From an uncultured virus (IMG/VR IMGVR_UViG_3300045006_000529) (taxonomy: Duplodnaviria > Heunggongvirae > Uroviricota > Caudoviricetes): a stretch of DNA of 20,000 nucleotides. Shown here one piece after another: positions 7,300-17,340 of the stretch. The stretch lies in the IMG/VR virus record IMGVR_UViG_3300045006_000529. One strand, 5' to 3'. Below the pieces are notes generated by a model. That model did no database searches, was not told the DNA's origin, and saw nothing but the letters and a program-made list of their open reading frames with translations. Each line of letters opens with the position of its first letter. The first letter of the stretch is position 1. The position numbers and the translations under genes are program-made.

Positions 7300-9527
7300 A
7301 CCAAGACCCCCAACTTTAGGCGAAAGCCATTTAGCTGTGGCGTTCCGCCATTTCTGCTCTTGAGAACGGCCTTCAACACAACGGAGTTGGCTGTGAACCT
7401 GTCGGTATCATAGGTTTCGAGGAAAACCAAGAACAACTCTCTCTCTCTTGGATTATCGGTAGTAAGAGAAAGCAACACGTCGTCGGCCGCCTTTACTAAA
7501 ACCATGCTCAGTTCGTCTGTATTATACAGACATCCACCAGCTAGAGCAAACTTGGTTAGATCACCCGTGTCAGTGTTTCTCTCGAAGTCAAAGAAGGATA
7601 CCCCCTTCATCTTATAGGCCGCGAAGAGACTTCCCCCAATATATACAGGAGTGTCCTCAAAATCCTGTGAATATTCAAGACCTTCGAAGAGCAAACGATG
7701 ATTATAAGGATAAAGCGGGTCGATGAAGACAGACTCTTCGCTGTCTGTGAATCTATACTGCCCGTCTACTAACTCAACAGCAACAATCTGGTTGATAGCT
7801 ACCGACAGCTCGCCAGTATCTTCTAAAGGAACCAGGCGAGAAAAATTCGTTGGCGATACTGCAACTGTATGATCCCCAGCTCCCAAAACCGCGACTCCCG
7901 ACCGGGAAAATCCGTCAATAATGGCCTCCTCTGGCCCAAGATTCACTGTCAGGCTACTTCCCTTTTCTACTCTCACAACAGTATTGTATCTCTGGCCGTC
8001 ATAGAACCACCCTCTTGGGATACTCTTGCCCTCGTAGGAGTAGCAAAAGGCATATTGGCCAGCTACTGTTGGAACATAGGGGGGAGAGGCAGGAGTGTCG
8101 CCCCCCGATCCCTCGAAGACGTTTCTTTTTCCAACATTGCGGAATACAGTAACTTTGTTAGAGACACCTTCCGCAACATCAAGGGCTGAAAGAGGGTCTG
8201 ATCCTTGTTCTTTTACTACGGGAACATTCTCGGCAGATCCTTTTCCAGGATATTGGAAGTAAGACAGCTCGTCCTGATTTGGAACCAGAAAGTCCTCGTA
8301 TGCTGAGTCTACAGTCGATGCTACAGAGATTGATGTAGGATGGTGTATCTCGGCAGCAGAAAGCGGACTGATTGGAAAGAAGCTTTCTCCATCAAAAGAA
8401 ACAGAATATTCGATTGTATTGTCATCGTCGCATGTTTCACAAACATCGAGTGAAACCGTTTTGATTGGCAATACTTCTCCATCATCATCGTATATACTGA
8501 GAGGCAATGAGAAGAACTCATTGCCGTTCTCTTCGCTATAGACCGGCCCTCCAAGTTCAATTATGTCGGCTCCAACATAATAGACGTAGGTCTCTCCCAT
8601 AACCTCATCGGCAAAATCCTTTGATAAGATGATCTTGAGATATTGGAGCGTTGTAGGAGGGAAGTTGACCTCTGTATTGCTCAAAAGGACCAAGCTTTGA
8701 TTGGTGGTCGGGAGAAAAGAATAAGAAACTCCATCGAGGGAGTACAATAAAGAGGCGCTTGTCACCCCTTTTTCTCCGGCAAAGCTCTTTTTGTACACTA
8801 TCCGAGAGATCTCTACCGGCTCTTTCAGGTTGATTATCAATTCCCCTTGTAGCATACCATTATTGGTCATTAGCACCTTTTGAAGCCAGGGGCTATTCTC
8901 GTCTACCAGAATATAGGCTAGGGAGCCACTGATTAACGTTGAAGAAATTAACCTCTCCCTATTGGCCACACGGAACTTGACATCCGCATCCGGCCTGGGC
9001 AGGTAGCGGTTGAGCCCCCCTGTATTCGACGTAGTTTCAGAGATGGTCACAGACTGAGTGTTGCTATTGACCCTCGCAGTTGTCTTGGTCATATCTACGT
9101 TGTCTAGAGAGGTCAGTACATCTTCTACTACATGAAAATATCCATCGGAAAGAGAGGTCAAGGAAAGCAAGGCCAGAATACGCCCTTCATCCTTTTTCAA
9201 CCTGGCCAATAGGAGCCTCAAAGCTGTTAGGGTTCCCTGATAGGCGGCATCCAAATCGTCCGCGCTAGAATAGGTCGCTTCATATGCCGTCTGAACGTCG
9301 AGGCGCAGGTCAGAGAATGTAGTATTATGCTTTTCCGCACTCCCCGCTTCGAGCAGAGAAGTTTGATATTCTGGCTTGCCCACGAAAGCACTGTCTAGGT
9401 TGTTGGCGACATCAACGGTTTTGAGATAGTCCAACGCCTCTCTCAGTGAAGGCACTGTCTGATCTAGAAAGTGCTCACGCAGAAAACTTTCCATCAAGAG
9501 CCGCCGTTTGGCCTCAGCAGTATACAT
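7296..9527 (-). CDS. Putative baseplate/tail structural protein, paralog C (743 aa), with a discoidin/galactose-binding-like domain
   Basis: N-terminal SAEKHNTTFSDLRLDVQTAY followed by a coiled coil. Jelly-roll pattern ELIINLKEPVEISRIVY...YSLDGVSY...FPPTTLQYLKIIL. C-terminal TPQLNGFRLKL. Confidence 0.6.
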   Translation of the reverse strand: MYTAEAKRRLLMESFLREHFLDQTVPSLREALDYLKTVDVANNLDSAFVGKPEYQTSLLEAGSAEKHNTTFSDLRLDVQTAYEATYSSADDLDAAYQGTLTALRLLLARLKKDEGRILALLSLTSLSDGYFHVVEDVLTSLDNVDMTKTTARVNSNTQSVTISETTSNTGGLNRYLPRPDADVKFRVANRERLISSTLISGSLAYILVDENSPWLQKVLMTNNGMLQGELIINLKEPVEISRIVYKKSFAGEKGVTSASLLYSLDGVSYSFLPTTNQSLVLLSNTEVNFPPTTLQYLKIILSKDFADEVMGETYVYYVGADIIELGGPVYSEENGNEFFSLPLSIYDDDGEVLPIKTVSLDVCETCDDDNTIEYSVSFDGESFFPISPLSAAEIHHPTSISVASTVDSAYEDFLVPNQDELSYFQYPGKGSAENVPVVKEQGSDPLSALDVAEGVSNKVTVFRNVGKRNVFEGSGGDTPASPPYVPTVAGQYAFCYSYEGKSIPRGWFYDGQRYNTVVRVEKGSSLTVNLGPEEAIIDGFSRSGVAVLGAGDHTVAVSPTNFSRLVPLEDTGELSVAINQIVAVELVDGQYRFTDSEESVFIDPLYPYNHRLLFEGLEYSQDFEDTPVYIGGSLFAAYKMKGVSFFDFERNTDTGDLTKFALAGGCLYNTDELSMVLVKAADDVLLSLTTDNPRERELFLVFLETYDTDRFTANSVVLKAVLKSRNGGTPQLNGFRLKLGVLV

Positions 9528-12427
9528 TAGACTGCAAGTCCTTCCTCTGAAACTGCAATTAATCGATATTCCTGTAGCACAGGAGAGTAATAAGGTTCCA
9601 ATTCCTTCAGCGCATTGCGAAAGTCTACAGCATAGCGATAGATAGCCCTGATACCCCTCTTGTTATCCGCCGTTTTCACGGCAGTAGAAAGTTCAAGGGC
9701 ATAGGCATCTGAAAGCCTCACCTCTTTCTCTCCCTCTAAAGACCAGTGGGTATCCTCTCGTAGAGGAAGCCCTATACTATATTCAGCAAAGTAGTTGGTA
9801 AACTGAAACTGAATTTGGTAATACGCACTTCCGCTAGTCTTAAAAGGTGTCTCGGGTGAATAAAGCTTTCCCTGGGCGTAGTCTACCGAAAATGTAAATG
9901 TCTTCGTATCCAGTACTTCAAACTCGGCCTGTCCGTCTATAAAAGGCACTTCCGTCCAGTCTGACACCGGCAGCCCGTCCTGGTCCGAGAAGACTATGGA
10001 CTTTGGAATGATAGCCTTAACCACTATGTCGGTAGTGGTTACTGCATTAATCCACCAGACCAAGCTCCCATTTTCCAGTGTGTCGGCAGCAAGAACCCCC
10101 GTTTCCACTCCTAAGACAGACGGGTCTATCTCTATTTCTTGGACAGAACTAGAGGCAAAATTCCACTTGTCTTCCGGAATATATGTTCTACGATGAAACT
10201 GATAATCAATGTAAGTTGACCTAGTTAGTAAAGGAAATGCATCCAGGTTGGTGGGATCTTCTTCATTATAGGCTACACAGATAAGCCCCAGACGCTTGTC
10301 AATTGAGTAACATCCATCTTCTACGGCATACCCGATGCCAGCCTCTTCTTCTGAACGAGCATAGCCGTAAAACTCTTGCACGCCGTCGATGTATTCCAGA
10401 TATTTGCGGAAGGGCCCCTCATCAACGGGAAGCTCTTCGACAGTACCGTCTTCTTTTAGGTAATACAGGTGGAAGTAGTCAGGATCCGGCTCCTCACCTT
10501 CAGCAGGGTCCGGAAAGTACAGAAAGGTATGACTTAACTGGATTCTGGAGAGACCCTTCCGCAAAACCTCTTGTTGTACAAGCTCCTTGGGGCCTTCTCG
10601 ATAGATATTTACCTTGCTCTTAATACCAGTAGAAGGAAAACGTAGTTTTGTAGCAATAGGATTACCAGGCTCAAGCAACAGCCTCTCTCTATCGAACCAC
10701 AGATATACAGGCTGGCCTGGCTTCGGCTGGGAAGTGATCGATCCGTCCCCAAAATTCAGGGTTCTTGCCTTCTGATCGATCATGAAACATTCTTTTCCAA
10801 TACTTCCCTCATAGGCTAAGGTACGCGCCCTCGACCACTCAGTTAGCCCTACCTTAACCCGAATGGTCAGATCATCCAGATTATCAAATGGTAGCCCCAT
10901 TACAATCTGTTCTTCTTCTAAGGTGGGAACCAGTCCCACAAAGTACGGAGTTGTTGGCTCCTCTGCACACTCTCCCCCCAGGGGATTGATTAACTGCAAG
11001 CTTCCAGAAACAGGAACGTTCTTTAGGGAAAATAGATAGGGCGGGTTCTCTGGAAATGACAGCATCTCGCTAAAATCTTCCTCTTGGGCCCCCAACCCTG
11101 CGTTGGCGAACCCCTCCGTCAAGCGAGACATTCCGCACCTATACTTGATAACATTAGAGCCACTTTCCCCAGCGGATACTAGATCCTCAGTATTCACTAT
11201 CTCCTGAAGATCGCTGCGGGAAAACTGCATGGGGGCCAGGTCGTTCCACGACTGGCCTGTGTCCAAGGAGAAAGAGTGGGTTACTGCTCCTATAGTGCTT
11301 CCCTCTCCTGGGGTTTGGTTCGTAGCTATGGCTACCTTCATAATTGCCGAGGAAGAAACGAAGTCCTTCGAGATAAACTCTCCACTGTCTTTAAAGGAGA
11401 GCCCCCTAACCTGAACCTCTTTCAGGCCTATAGCCCATCTCTCCTTAGTGGCATTGACAGTATCGATAATATAGGAAGAGGGCTGTTCGATAATCATCCG
11501 AATGTATTTGGCTTTACGCGGCGTAAAGAAAAAAGAACTGGTTCCGCTTAGCTTGGTTCCCGGCCCCAAAACAAAGAGGTCTTCCTCTGTCTCTGTTCCC
11601 CAATCTACCAGCGGCAGGTCTTGGTCTACAGAGATAAAATCTTTTCCATCCTCTGAAGTATCCAGAATTCGCAGGGTGGGCCAGGTTTTAGTCCCAAAGT
11701 TGACCGATACTATGCGGATGTTGTTAACCACCTCGGCCTTGCCTAATACCAAGGTTAGAGATAGAACTAAAGGAGGTGTGAATTCTCCCACTCTCTCATA
11801 TTCATACCAGGTATCCGGATTCCCGTCGAATAGGTCACGAATATTATTGTGGCGGGGTACACCATACTCGTTATTATTCCCAGCCACACCGTTGCTTTCT
11901 ACATTGATAACAACTTGTTTGATCTCTCTTACATTCTCTTGTTCCAGCGGCAAGGTTGTAATTCCAGCCTCGGCATCAAAAGAGCACATGTCTTTGGTCA
12001 ACAAGCCCTTGTTTGGATCGACCTTAGCCAGGTCATTGAATGTATCGCCAAAGTAGAAGAAACCCTTCTGGGGACGGAGACTATAAATGCGATAGTCTGC
12101 CAAGAGAGATTTGACTCTCGCCACCTTGGCCTGGATCTCTTGAACAAGAGCCTGGACCTCGTTGAAGTTATCAACGACGAACCCTCCAAGCGTGCCCGCC
12201 TGGCTGTACAGCAAGTTGAGGTCTATCTCCAGTTGGCTTAAGGCCATTTTGTAGGCAAACAGATCAGGAATTTGACCGGCTTTGGCCTCCTGATTAAGCA
12301 TAAGAGGTGTAAACAGCCCTCCGCCATGCCGAGCTAGCAGATCTCCAAACTGAAGCCCACGGTCTTGCAAAGCCCTTGAGGCTGCTTTGAGAAGCTGAAT
12401 ACGTCCTGGCAGAGAGGTGTTGCTCAT
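9527..12427 (-). CDS. Putative baseplate wedge-like structural protein, paralog B (966 aa), with an F5/8 type C (discoidin)-like domain
   Basis: NIRDLFDGNPDTWYEY...LTLVLGKAEVVNNIRI...TSEDGKDF...FTPRKAKYIRMII...GLKEVQV is a discoidin signature. FMIDQKARTLNFGDG...PKPG resembles the baseplate-protein FGDG motif. C-terminal SPVLQEYRLIAV. Confidence 0.65.
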   Translation of the reverse strand: MSNTSLPGRIQLLKAASRALQDRGLQFGDLLARHGGGLFTPLMLNQEAKAGQIPDLFAYKMALSQLEIDLNLLYSQAGTLGGFVVDNFNEVQALVQEIQAKVARVKSLLADYRIYSLRPQKGFFYFGDTFNDLAKVDPNKGLLTKDMCSFDAEAGITTLPLEQENVREIKQVVINVESNGVAGNNNEYGVPRHNNIRDLFDGNPDTWYEYERVGEFTPPLVLSLTLVLGKAEVVNNIRIVSVNFGTKTWPTLRILDTSEDGKDFISVDQDLPLVDWGTETEEDLFVLGPGTKLSGTSSFFFTPRKAKYIRMIIEQPSSYIIDTVNATKERWAIGLKEVQVRGLSFKDSGEFISKDFVSSSAIMKVAIATNQTPGEGSTIGAVTHSFSLDTGQSWNDLAPMQFSRSDLQEIVNTEDLVSAGESGSNVIKYRCGMSRLTEGFANAGLGAQEEDFSEMLSFPENPPYLFSLKNVPVSGSLQLINPLGGECAEEPTTPYFVGLVPTLEEEQIVMGLPFDNLDDLTIRVKVGLTEWSRARTLAYEGSIGKECFMIDQKARTLNFGDGSITSQPKPGQPVYLWFDRERLLLEPGNPIATKLRFPSTGIKSKVNIYREGPKELVQQEVLRKGLSRIQLSHTFLYFPDPAEGEEPDPDYFHLYYLKEDGTVEELPVDEGPFRKYLEYIDGVQEFYGYARSEEEAGIGYAVEDGCYSIDKRLGLICVAYNEEDPTNLDAFPLLTRSTYIDYQFHRRTYIPEDKWNFASSSVQEIEIDPSVLGVETGVLAADTLENGSLVWWINAVTTTDIVVKAIIPKSIVFSDQDGLPVSDWTEVPFIDGQAEFEVLDTKTFTFSVDYAQGKLYSPETPFKTSGSAYYQIQFQFTNYFAEYSIGLPLREDTHWSLEGEKEVRLSDAYALELSTAVKTADNKRGIRAIYRYAVDFRNALKELEPYYSPVLQEYRLIAVSEEGLAV

Positions 12428-12428
12428 A

Positions 12429-14480
12429 TTAAGCTGATCCCGCCATTAATTTGTAGCTCTCGATGAGAGCCGTTTGAGAAAGATTGGGTGTTGTCTGTCT
12501 GATAATGAGAATCAGATAGATGTCTGACGTTGCTACCTGAAGATCAATGCCGTCTGGATCAAATTCGACCGTCCCCTCCTGGGTAAACCAGATGGTCTGT
12601 GCCGCATCCAGGAAGAATTTTTTTCTATCTCCGGTTATAGTATCATACGTATATGTGCCAGACCCTAGTGTGGAGTAACGATCAAAGTAGAAAGCTGGAG
12701 TGTAAGAGGCAGTATAGATATCTGCCAAACCGACGATGCGCCCGGCCAACACAGCCCCATTAATACGGAGAGTTGTATGACCTGTAGTCTCATAGGAAAA
12801 CACAGACCATTCCCCGGCTTCCAGGGCTACACCATTACAGTAAATAGTAATATCATTATTATATGTTTCGGGATCGCTGAACAAGAGTGCTGGCAGCTGT
12901 AACTTTGCCAACCCATATTGGTCTGGCAAGATCCTCTCATGTACCACCGAGGTAGTATTAATTGGGAGGATAGGAATGGACCACCTGTTGATAGTCTCAC
13001 CAGCTTCATTATAGTCTTTCTTGAAGATATAGGTCTCTACATTTGAAGCTCGGTCTAGTCCACCCACTAAGGCGGGGGGAAGCATCTGTGAAATGCTAAG
13101 GGCAACCCGTCCTGGCCTGGCCACCTCCAAAGGCTTGCTGACGTAAATCCCCGTTTCTTGGTAATTGCGGAAGCCGACCTCTAGGCTCTTCAGTCCAAAG
13201 GGGTAAATGAAGAGATCTACCGGTTGGTCTGGCATCGTAGGTAAAACTGAGGTTGGCTGATAAATGTTAACCCTGGTCTCTTCCTGGGGCATAACCGGGA
13301 AGACGTGCATAATATCACCAGGGAGCTCGGCAACTCTGAAAGACGCGGTGCCAGTTCCCCCTGGTTTGCTGTACCCGGTCTGACCTGTGAGAATCCCCTC
13401 GGTGGCCAGAACGTTATTCCCCGCCAGAACATGTCCTGCCCCCCCCGAAGGGAAAGCGTATTGGGCATTGACATGTGTGGATTGTATTTGATAAGTCGTT
13501 TGGGAAAATACTATTATCAGTTTGGCCGCATGGGCGTCTGGCATTCCTATATCGACAGGTCCATAGAGAGGCGTATCCAACATAGAACTGTCTACTGGAG
13601 TCCAGAGAGCCAGATTGCCAGCCAGATCGCCATAGTAGATGGAGCTAATCTTGATAGGCGTATCTAAGATAGCTGGGAACAATCTCAGATAGTTAAGCTT
13701 TGGCATACCACCCAGGACAACTTCGAGAGCGTAGACTACTTCACTGCTTGGGAGGAAGTAGAAACCAATATTGGTTAGCCATGGCTTGCCTGTCAGAAGC
13801 TGAGCTGGAGAACTCCGGCTGTCTACAAAGCTGCCAGACGTGGACATCTCCTCGTTGAGACCAAGGTCTAGGATCTTGGCGACATAGCTCTCACTTGGGT
13901 TTGGAGGCAGGGTGAGAACTCCCGTATCTACCAAAATCTGACAGTCGTTCTCCGAGTTCAAAAACGTGTTGGTCTTACGGTCTAGGAAGAGGTTGTCCAC
14001 ATCCTCTTCGTCCCTTAGGCGGCGGTCTCCCGGAGATTTGAATTCGTTATACTGGATATAGTCGTAATCTTCACTGATCCCGGCCAACAATTCATAAGTC
14101 CCGATACTATTCTCAAGTAGATCAGTCTGGGCCTCCAAAGTAGCCAGGGTATCTCCATGGAGCAGCCGAAGATGCCTTTTGGCAGCCTCGAAGATGAGAT
14201 CCAGCTCTCGATAGACAGCCTCCAGGTCCATTTTTGCCGCCCATAGATGAAAGTTGTGGCTCTCAGAAGATACCTTGTCTTCATAGTCGGTTTTTATCTG
14301 GCGGAATAGGGGTACGCCAAATTTTCCCTGTAGCCCCTCCATCATCTGGCGATAGAGACGATTAAACTCGTCTCTTGTTCCAATCTCGCCTTTGGTAGCC
14401 CTCTGGCTTAAGTAGGATTCGACAATCCTTGCCTGGTACTTAGGAAGTGCCCCAGTCCATGCGTCAAGAAAGCGATTCAT
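12429..14480 (-). CDS. Putative baseplate/tail structural protein, paralog A (683 aa)
   Basis: Motifs SSESHNFHLWAAKMDLEAVY, VDTGVLTLP, YALEVVLGGMPKLNYLRLFP and FGLKSLEVGFRNYQETGIYVSKPL, and C-terminal TALIESYKLMAG, are colinear with the 966- and 743-aa proteins. Confidence 0.6.
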   Translation of the reverse strand: MNRFLDAWTGALPKYQARIVESYLSQRATKGEIGTRDEFNRLYRQMMEGLQGKFGVPLFRQIKTDYEDKVSSESHNFHLWAAKMDLEAVYRELDLIFEAAKRHLRLLHGDTLATLEAQTDLLENSIGTYELLAGISEDYDYIQYNEFKSPGDRRLRDEEDVDNLFLDRKTNTFLNSENDCQILVDTGVLTLPPNPSESYVAKILDLGLNEEMSTSGSFVDSRSSPAQLLTGKPWLTNIGFYFLPSSEVVYALEVVLGGMPKLNYLRLFPAILDTPIKISSIYYGDLAGNLALWTPVDSSMLDTPLYGPVDIGMPDAHAAKLIIVFSQTTYQIQSTHVNAQYAFPSGGAGHVLAGNNVLATEGILTGQTGYSKPGGTGTASFRVAELPGDIMHVFPVMPQEETRVNIYQPTSVLPTMPDQPVDLFIYPFGLKSLEVGFRNYQETGIYVSKPLEVARPGRVALSISQMLPPALVGGLDRASNVETYIFKKDYNEAGETINRWSIPILPINTTSVVHERILPDQYGLAKLQLPALLFSDPETYNNDITIYCNGVALEAGEWSVFSYETTGHTTLRINGAVLAGRIVGLADIYTASYTPAFYFDRYSTLGSGTYTYDTITGDRKKFFLDAAQTIWFTQEGTVEFDPDGIDLQVATSDIYLILIIRQTTPNLSQTALIESYKLMAGSA

Positions 14481-14918
14481 CTACTGTACCTTTCTATACA
14501 CCAGAGACAAAGTAGGGGCGAGCCTATGGGCTCGCTTCAGGGCAGGGGCTTGTAGGAAGACGCTTAGGGTAACAGTATCGCCCGGTTCTAACTCTAGCCT
14601 GTTTCCCTCCTCGTCGAGCAAGTATATCGGCGTCAGGACGCTATCTCCCTGGCCCACCTTGATGACTACCTTTTCATCATAATTTGGCAAAGAGAGTTTC
14701 AAGCCACAGCCAGGATAGTTGTGGGCCCAGTACAAAAGCGTGTCCTTGTCGTCCCCCTCTAGATAGAGGCCTATGTCGGTGACCCCAAAGAAGTAGTGGT
14801 GCCGGAGGGTTATAATCAGCAACTCAGTCTCAAAAGCTGGATCAACAACGATTCCTAAATCATAGGCATCATCCAGAACCAACCCGCCAGCAGTTTGCCA
14901 TGTAAAAATGTCATCCAC
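14481..14918 (-). CDS. Hypothetical protein (145 aa), probably a small beta-sandwich virion protein
   Basis: GTG start overlaps the upstream TAG, and its stop abuts the next ATG. Beta-strand-rich, with an Ig-like LEPGDTVTLSVFLQAP pattern. Confidence 0.65.
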   Translation of the reverse strand: MDDIFTWQTAGGLVLDDAYDLGIVVDPAFETELLIITLRHHYFFGVTDIGLYLEGDDKDTLLYWAHNYPGCGLKLSLPNYDEKVVIKVGQGDSVLTPIYLLDEEGNRLELEPGDTVTLSVFLQAPALKRAHRLAPTLSLVYRKVQ

Positions 14919-17332
14919 TATGAGGCCCCGGCTTCTGTTTTTATCTCGTACAGATCCTCAGCAGGAATTGTATACCAGTGTGCACCATCTATAGTTGCTG
15001 TTGCTTCCAATTTTATCAGGTAGGTGGTGTCACTGTCCAGGCCAGTGATTTCCACCAGGTGGGTATCGACGTCTCCAGACAAAGGATCCGACCACACCCC
15101 ATCTTCATAGGCTTCCAGTTTCATGTAATAAGCAGAGTATCTTACCCAACCTGTATCCTGGTCTTCATCAGAGAACGACAGAGAGATTGTTGAACTTGTT
15201 GTTGAGAAATCCACCAAGATAGGGCGAGGACCCCATATCCTCTTGAGAGCATAGTCCCCCAACGCCTGTCTCTTTTCTACAGCTGATTGAATGTCCTCAG
15301 ATTCTGTAAGGTCTTCTGTGTCTTCGATGTCATCTGACCAATCCGGGCGGAAGTACCAGGGAAGATCGATCCGTTCGGTGCTCATACCCGGGACTGGGTG
15401 CCAATCCCATCTCCCGATATCCCAGTACCACAAGACCTCCTCGTTGATTTCCATCGCACCATCGGTCTTGCTCTCGGGTATTCCCCCTCCCCTTACTCGA
15501 ATATCATAGACACCCATTTCATGGGGGTCTACCGGACTATTGATGGCCACCTCTCCCACAACCAGATGTTGGTAGGTATTATATGGCTCAAAGCTATAGG
15601 AAACTGTAAGGCCATCGGGAAGATCCAGGTAGGTTTCAGCCCCAACATGTACGTAAAGAAGGTTGCCGACTAGAGTCCAATCCCCCTGAGCTACTACTTC
15701 CTCCAAGGTCTCCTTGTATGTGGAAAAGAAAACCTTATCGGAGAAATCCATCGAAGATGGAATCGGCGGTACGGTAAGCTCAGCCACATAAATTGGGCCG
15801 CTATATTCCTGGAGGCTAATAGTATCGCCTGAAACTAGATAGGTCACACCTGAAGAGGTATAGTTGTAGAGAAATTCAACATAGGTGTGTGTTTGCAAGT
15901 AGGTGTATATCGCTGCACAATAGGGATCATCGGGATCGCTGCATTCGATAGTGGTCCCATTGGCATCCAACCTGAACCAGAAGAGATTTCTGTCATAGTC
16001 TATTGGATTGCCGTAGTCATAAGAAAGGACAACAAAGAATACAGTTGTGTCTACGGTGCTTGGGTTCACAACCGGGTTAAACTCCAGCTCCGGAAAAACA
16101 AAGCTGTCCTCTGAATAAAACGCTGTGACCATTACGGTATCATCGAGATCGAGGCTGTATGGCCCCAAGTAAATAAAGCCCCCTTTGCGGTCGAGGGAAA
16201 GAGTATCCCCAACCTGCGTGGTCTCTACAACCTGAGGGGTGTCTTCAAAGGCCGAAGACTCGACGTAAAAGGTCTTTGTAGCATCGGTAGTCAGGACATA
16301 TTTTAGATTGCCTTTGCTATCCTTTACTATGATATCGACGGGAAAACTATCAGTACGAACCAGATTGGTAATTGGACAGGAAATTAGGTTCTTTGCCAGG
16401 AGGGAAGAAACTACCCTCGCCGCCTTTTTATAGGGCGCCAAGGGGGTAAACGGTTGATAGTTATAAAATTGATTGTCACAGATAAAGTAGGCAAAAGTCT
16501 TAAACTCTCCTCCAAATGTTCCACTTTTCTTGAAGGAGCCGTTGTTTATCCTAATTCCCCAGGTGTCTGCCATCTCCTTGGTAAGAGGATGCTTGGCATA
16601 GATCCTTGACTTATCATACGGCCTGACCGCATAGATCGGGAAGATATTCTGTATATCTATATTGAAACTATCTCCGGAGTCAGACAAAGAATAGGTATAA
16701 ACCTGTTCTAGATTATCAAGCGTTCTTCGGAAATAGATAGGCTGGTTGTCGAGGATTTCGGTAAAGGATGCCCCTCCGGTGGTCATATATTGTACAAAAT
16801 AGACTTGGTACTCGCCAGTTCGGGAAGAATAATATCCCTCCAGATTGTTATAGACATAAGTCCCATCTGATTCAACCACGACCCGATAGGGAGTTTCTAC
16901 TTCGGTAGAAACAGTTTTGTCCAATACCTTGATGGTCGAGATATCAATATCTCCGGAATCTTGGGCTAGTTTATGTCTCCAGAACAAGGGCGTGGCCATT
17001 GTCTGTTCACTTCCAGCAGGAGAGTAAAAGACATGGGTTAGAAGAAAATGCTTGTACTGGATCTTGAAGGAATGTAGGCCCCTCAGCTGGACTTGCTTGT
17101 CCAGCACCTTCGGAAGGTTCTGTGGCAGAGTGGAAGAATAATTGTCAATTGAGACAATGTCTTCAGCATTTAGATAGGGACTTAGCAGATAAGATACTCC
17201 GACCGCAGACCCATCTCCCCTCTCCACCAGTCTTACAAAGCGACTGGGAGAGTACAACTGAAGCGACTGGTCGGTTCTCACCGACACTTCGCCGGTTCTC
17301 GTTCCCAGGTTTGTTAACTGAAGACTAAGCAT
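14918..17332 (-). CDS. Putative virion structural protein (804 aa) with a C-terminal fibronectin type III domain
   Basis: Tyr/Asp/Thr-rich beta protein with a conserved-looking block YDIRVRGGGIPE...WDIGRWD...PVPG...IDLP...VEKRQALG (~15510-15255). FN3 pattern TSSTISLSF...Y...VEITGLDSDTTYLIKLEATA...EIKT (~15230-14935). TAAGGACAGGT precedes the ATG. Confidence 0.65.
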   Translation of the reverse strand: MLSLQLTNLGTRTGEVSVRTDQSLQLYSPSRFVRLVERGDGSAVGVSYLLSPYLNAEDIVSIDNYSSTLPQNLPKVLDKQVQLRGLHSFKIQYKHFLLTHVFYSPAGSEQTMATPLFWRHKLAQDSGDIDISTIKVLDKTVSTEVETPYRVVVESDGTYVYNNLEGYYSSRTGEYQVYFVQYMTTGGASFTEILDNQPIYFRRTLDNLEQVYTYSLSDSGDSFNIDIQNIFPIYAVRPYDKSRIYAKHPLTKEMADTWGIRINNGSFKKSGTFGGEFKTFAYFICDNQFYNYQPFTPLAPYKKAARVVSSLLAKNLISCPITNLVRTDSFPVDIIVKDSKGNLKYVLTTDATKTFYVESSAFEDTPQVVETTQVGDTLSLDRKGGFIYLGPYSLDLDDTVMVTAFYSEDSFVFPELEFNPVVNPSTVDTTVFFVVLSYDYGNPIDYDRNLFWFRLDANGTTIECSDPDDPYCAAIYTYLQTHTYVEFLYNYTSSGVTYLVSGDTISLQEYSGPIYVAELTVPPIPSSMDFSDKVFFSTYKETLEEVVAQGDWTLVGNLLYVHVGAETYLDLPDGLTVSYSFEPYNTYQHLVVGEVAINSPVDPHEMGVYDIRVRGGGIPESKTDGAMEINEEVLWYWDIGRWDWHPVPGMSTERIDLPWYFRPDWSDDIEDTEDLTESEDIQSAVEKRQALGDYALKRIWGPRPILVDFSTTSSTISLSFSDEDQDTGWVRYSAYYMKLEAYEDGVWSDPLSGDVDTHLVEITGLDSDTTYLIKLEATATIDGAHWYTIPAEDLYEIKTEAGAS

Positions 17333-17340
17333 ACCTGTCC

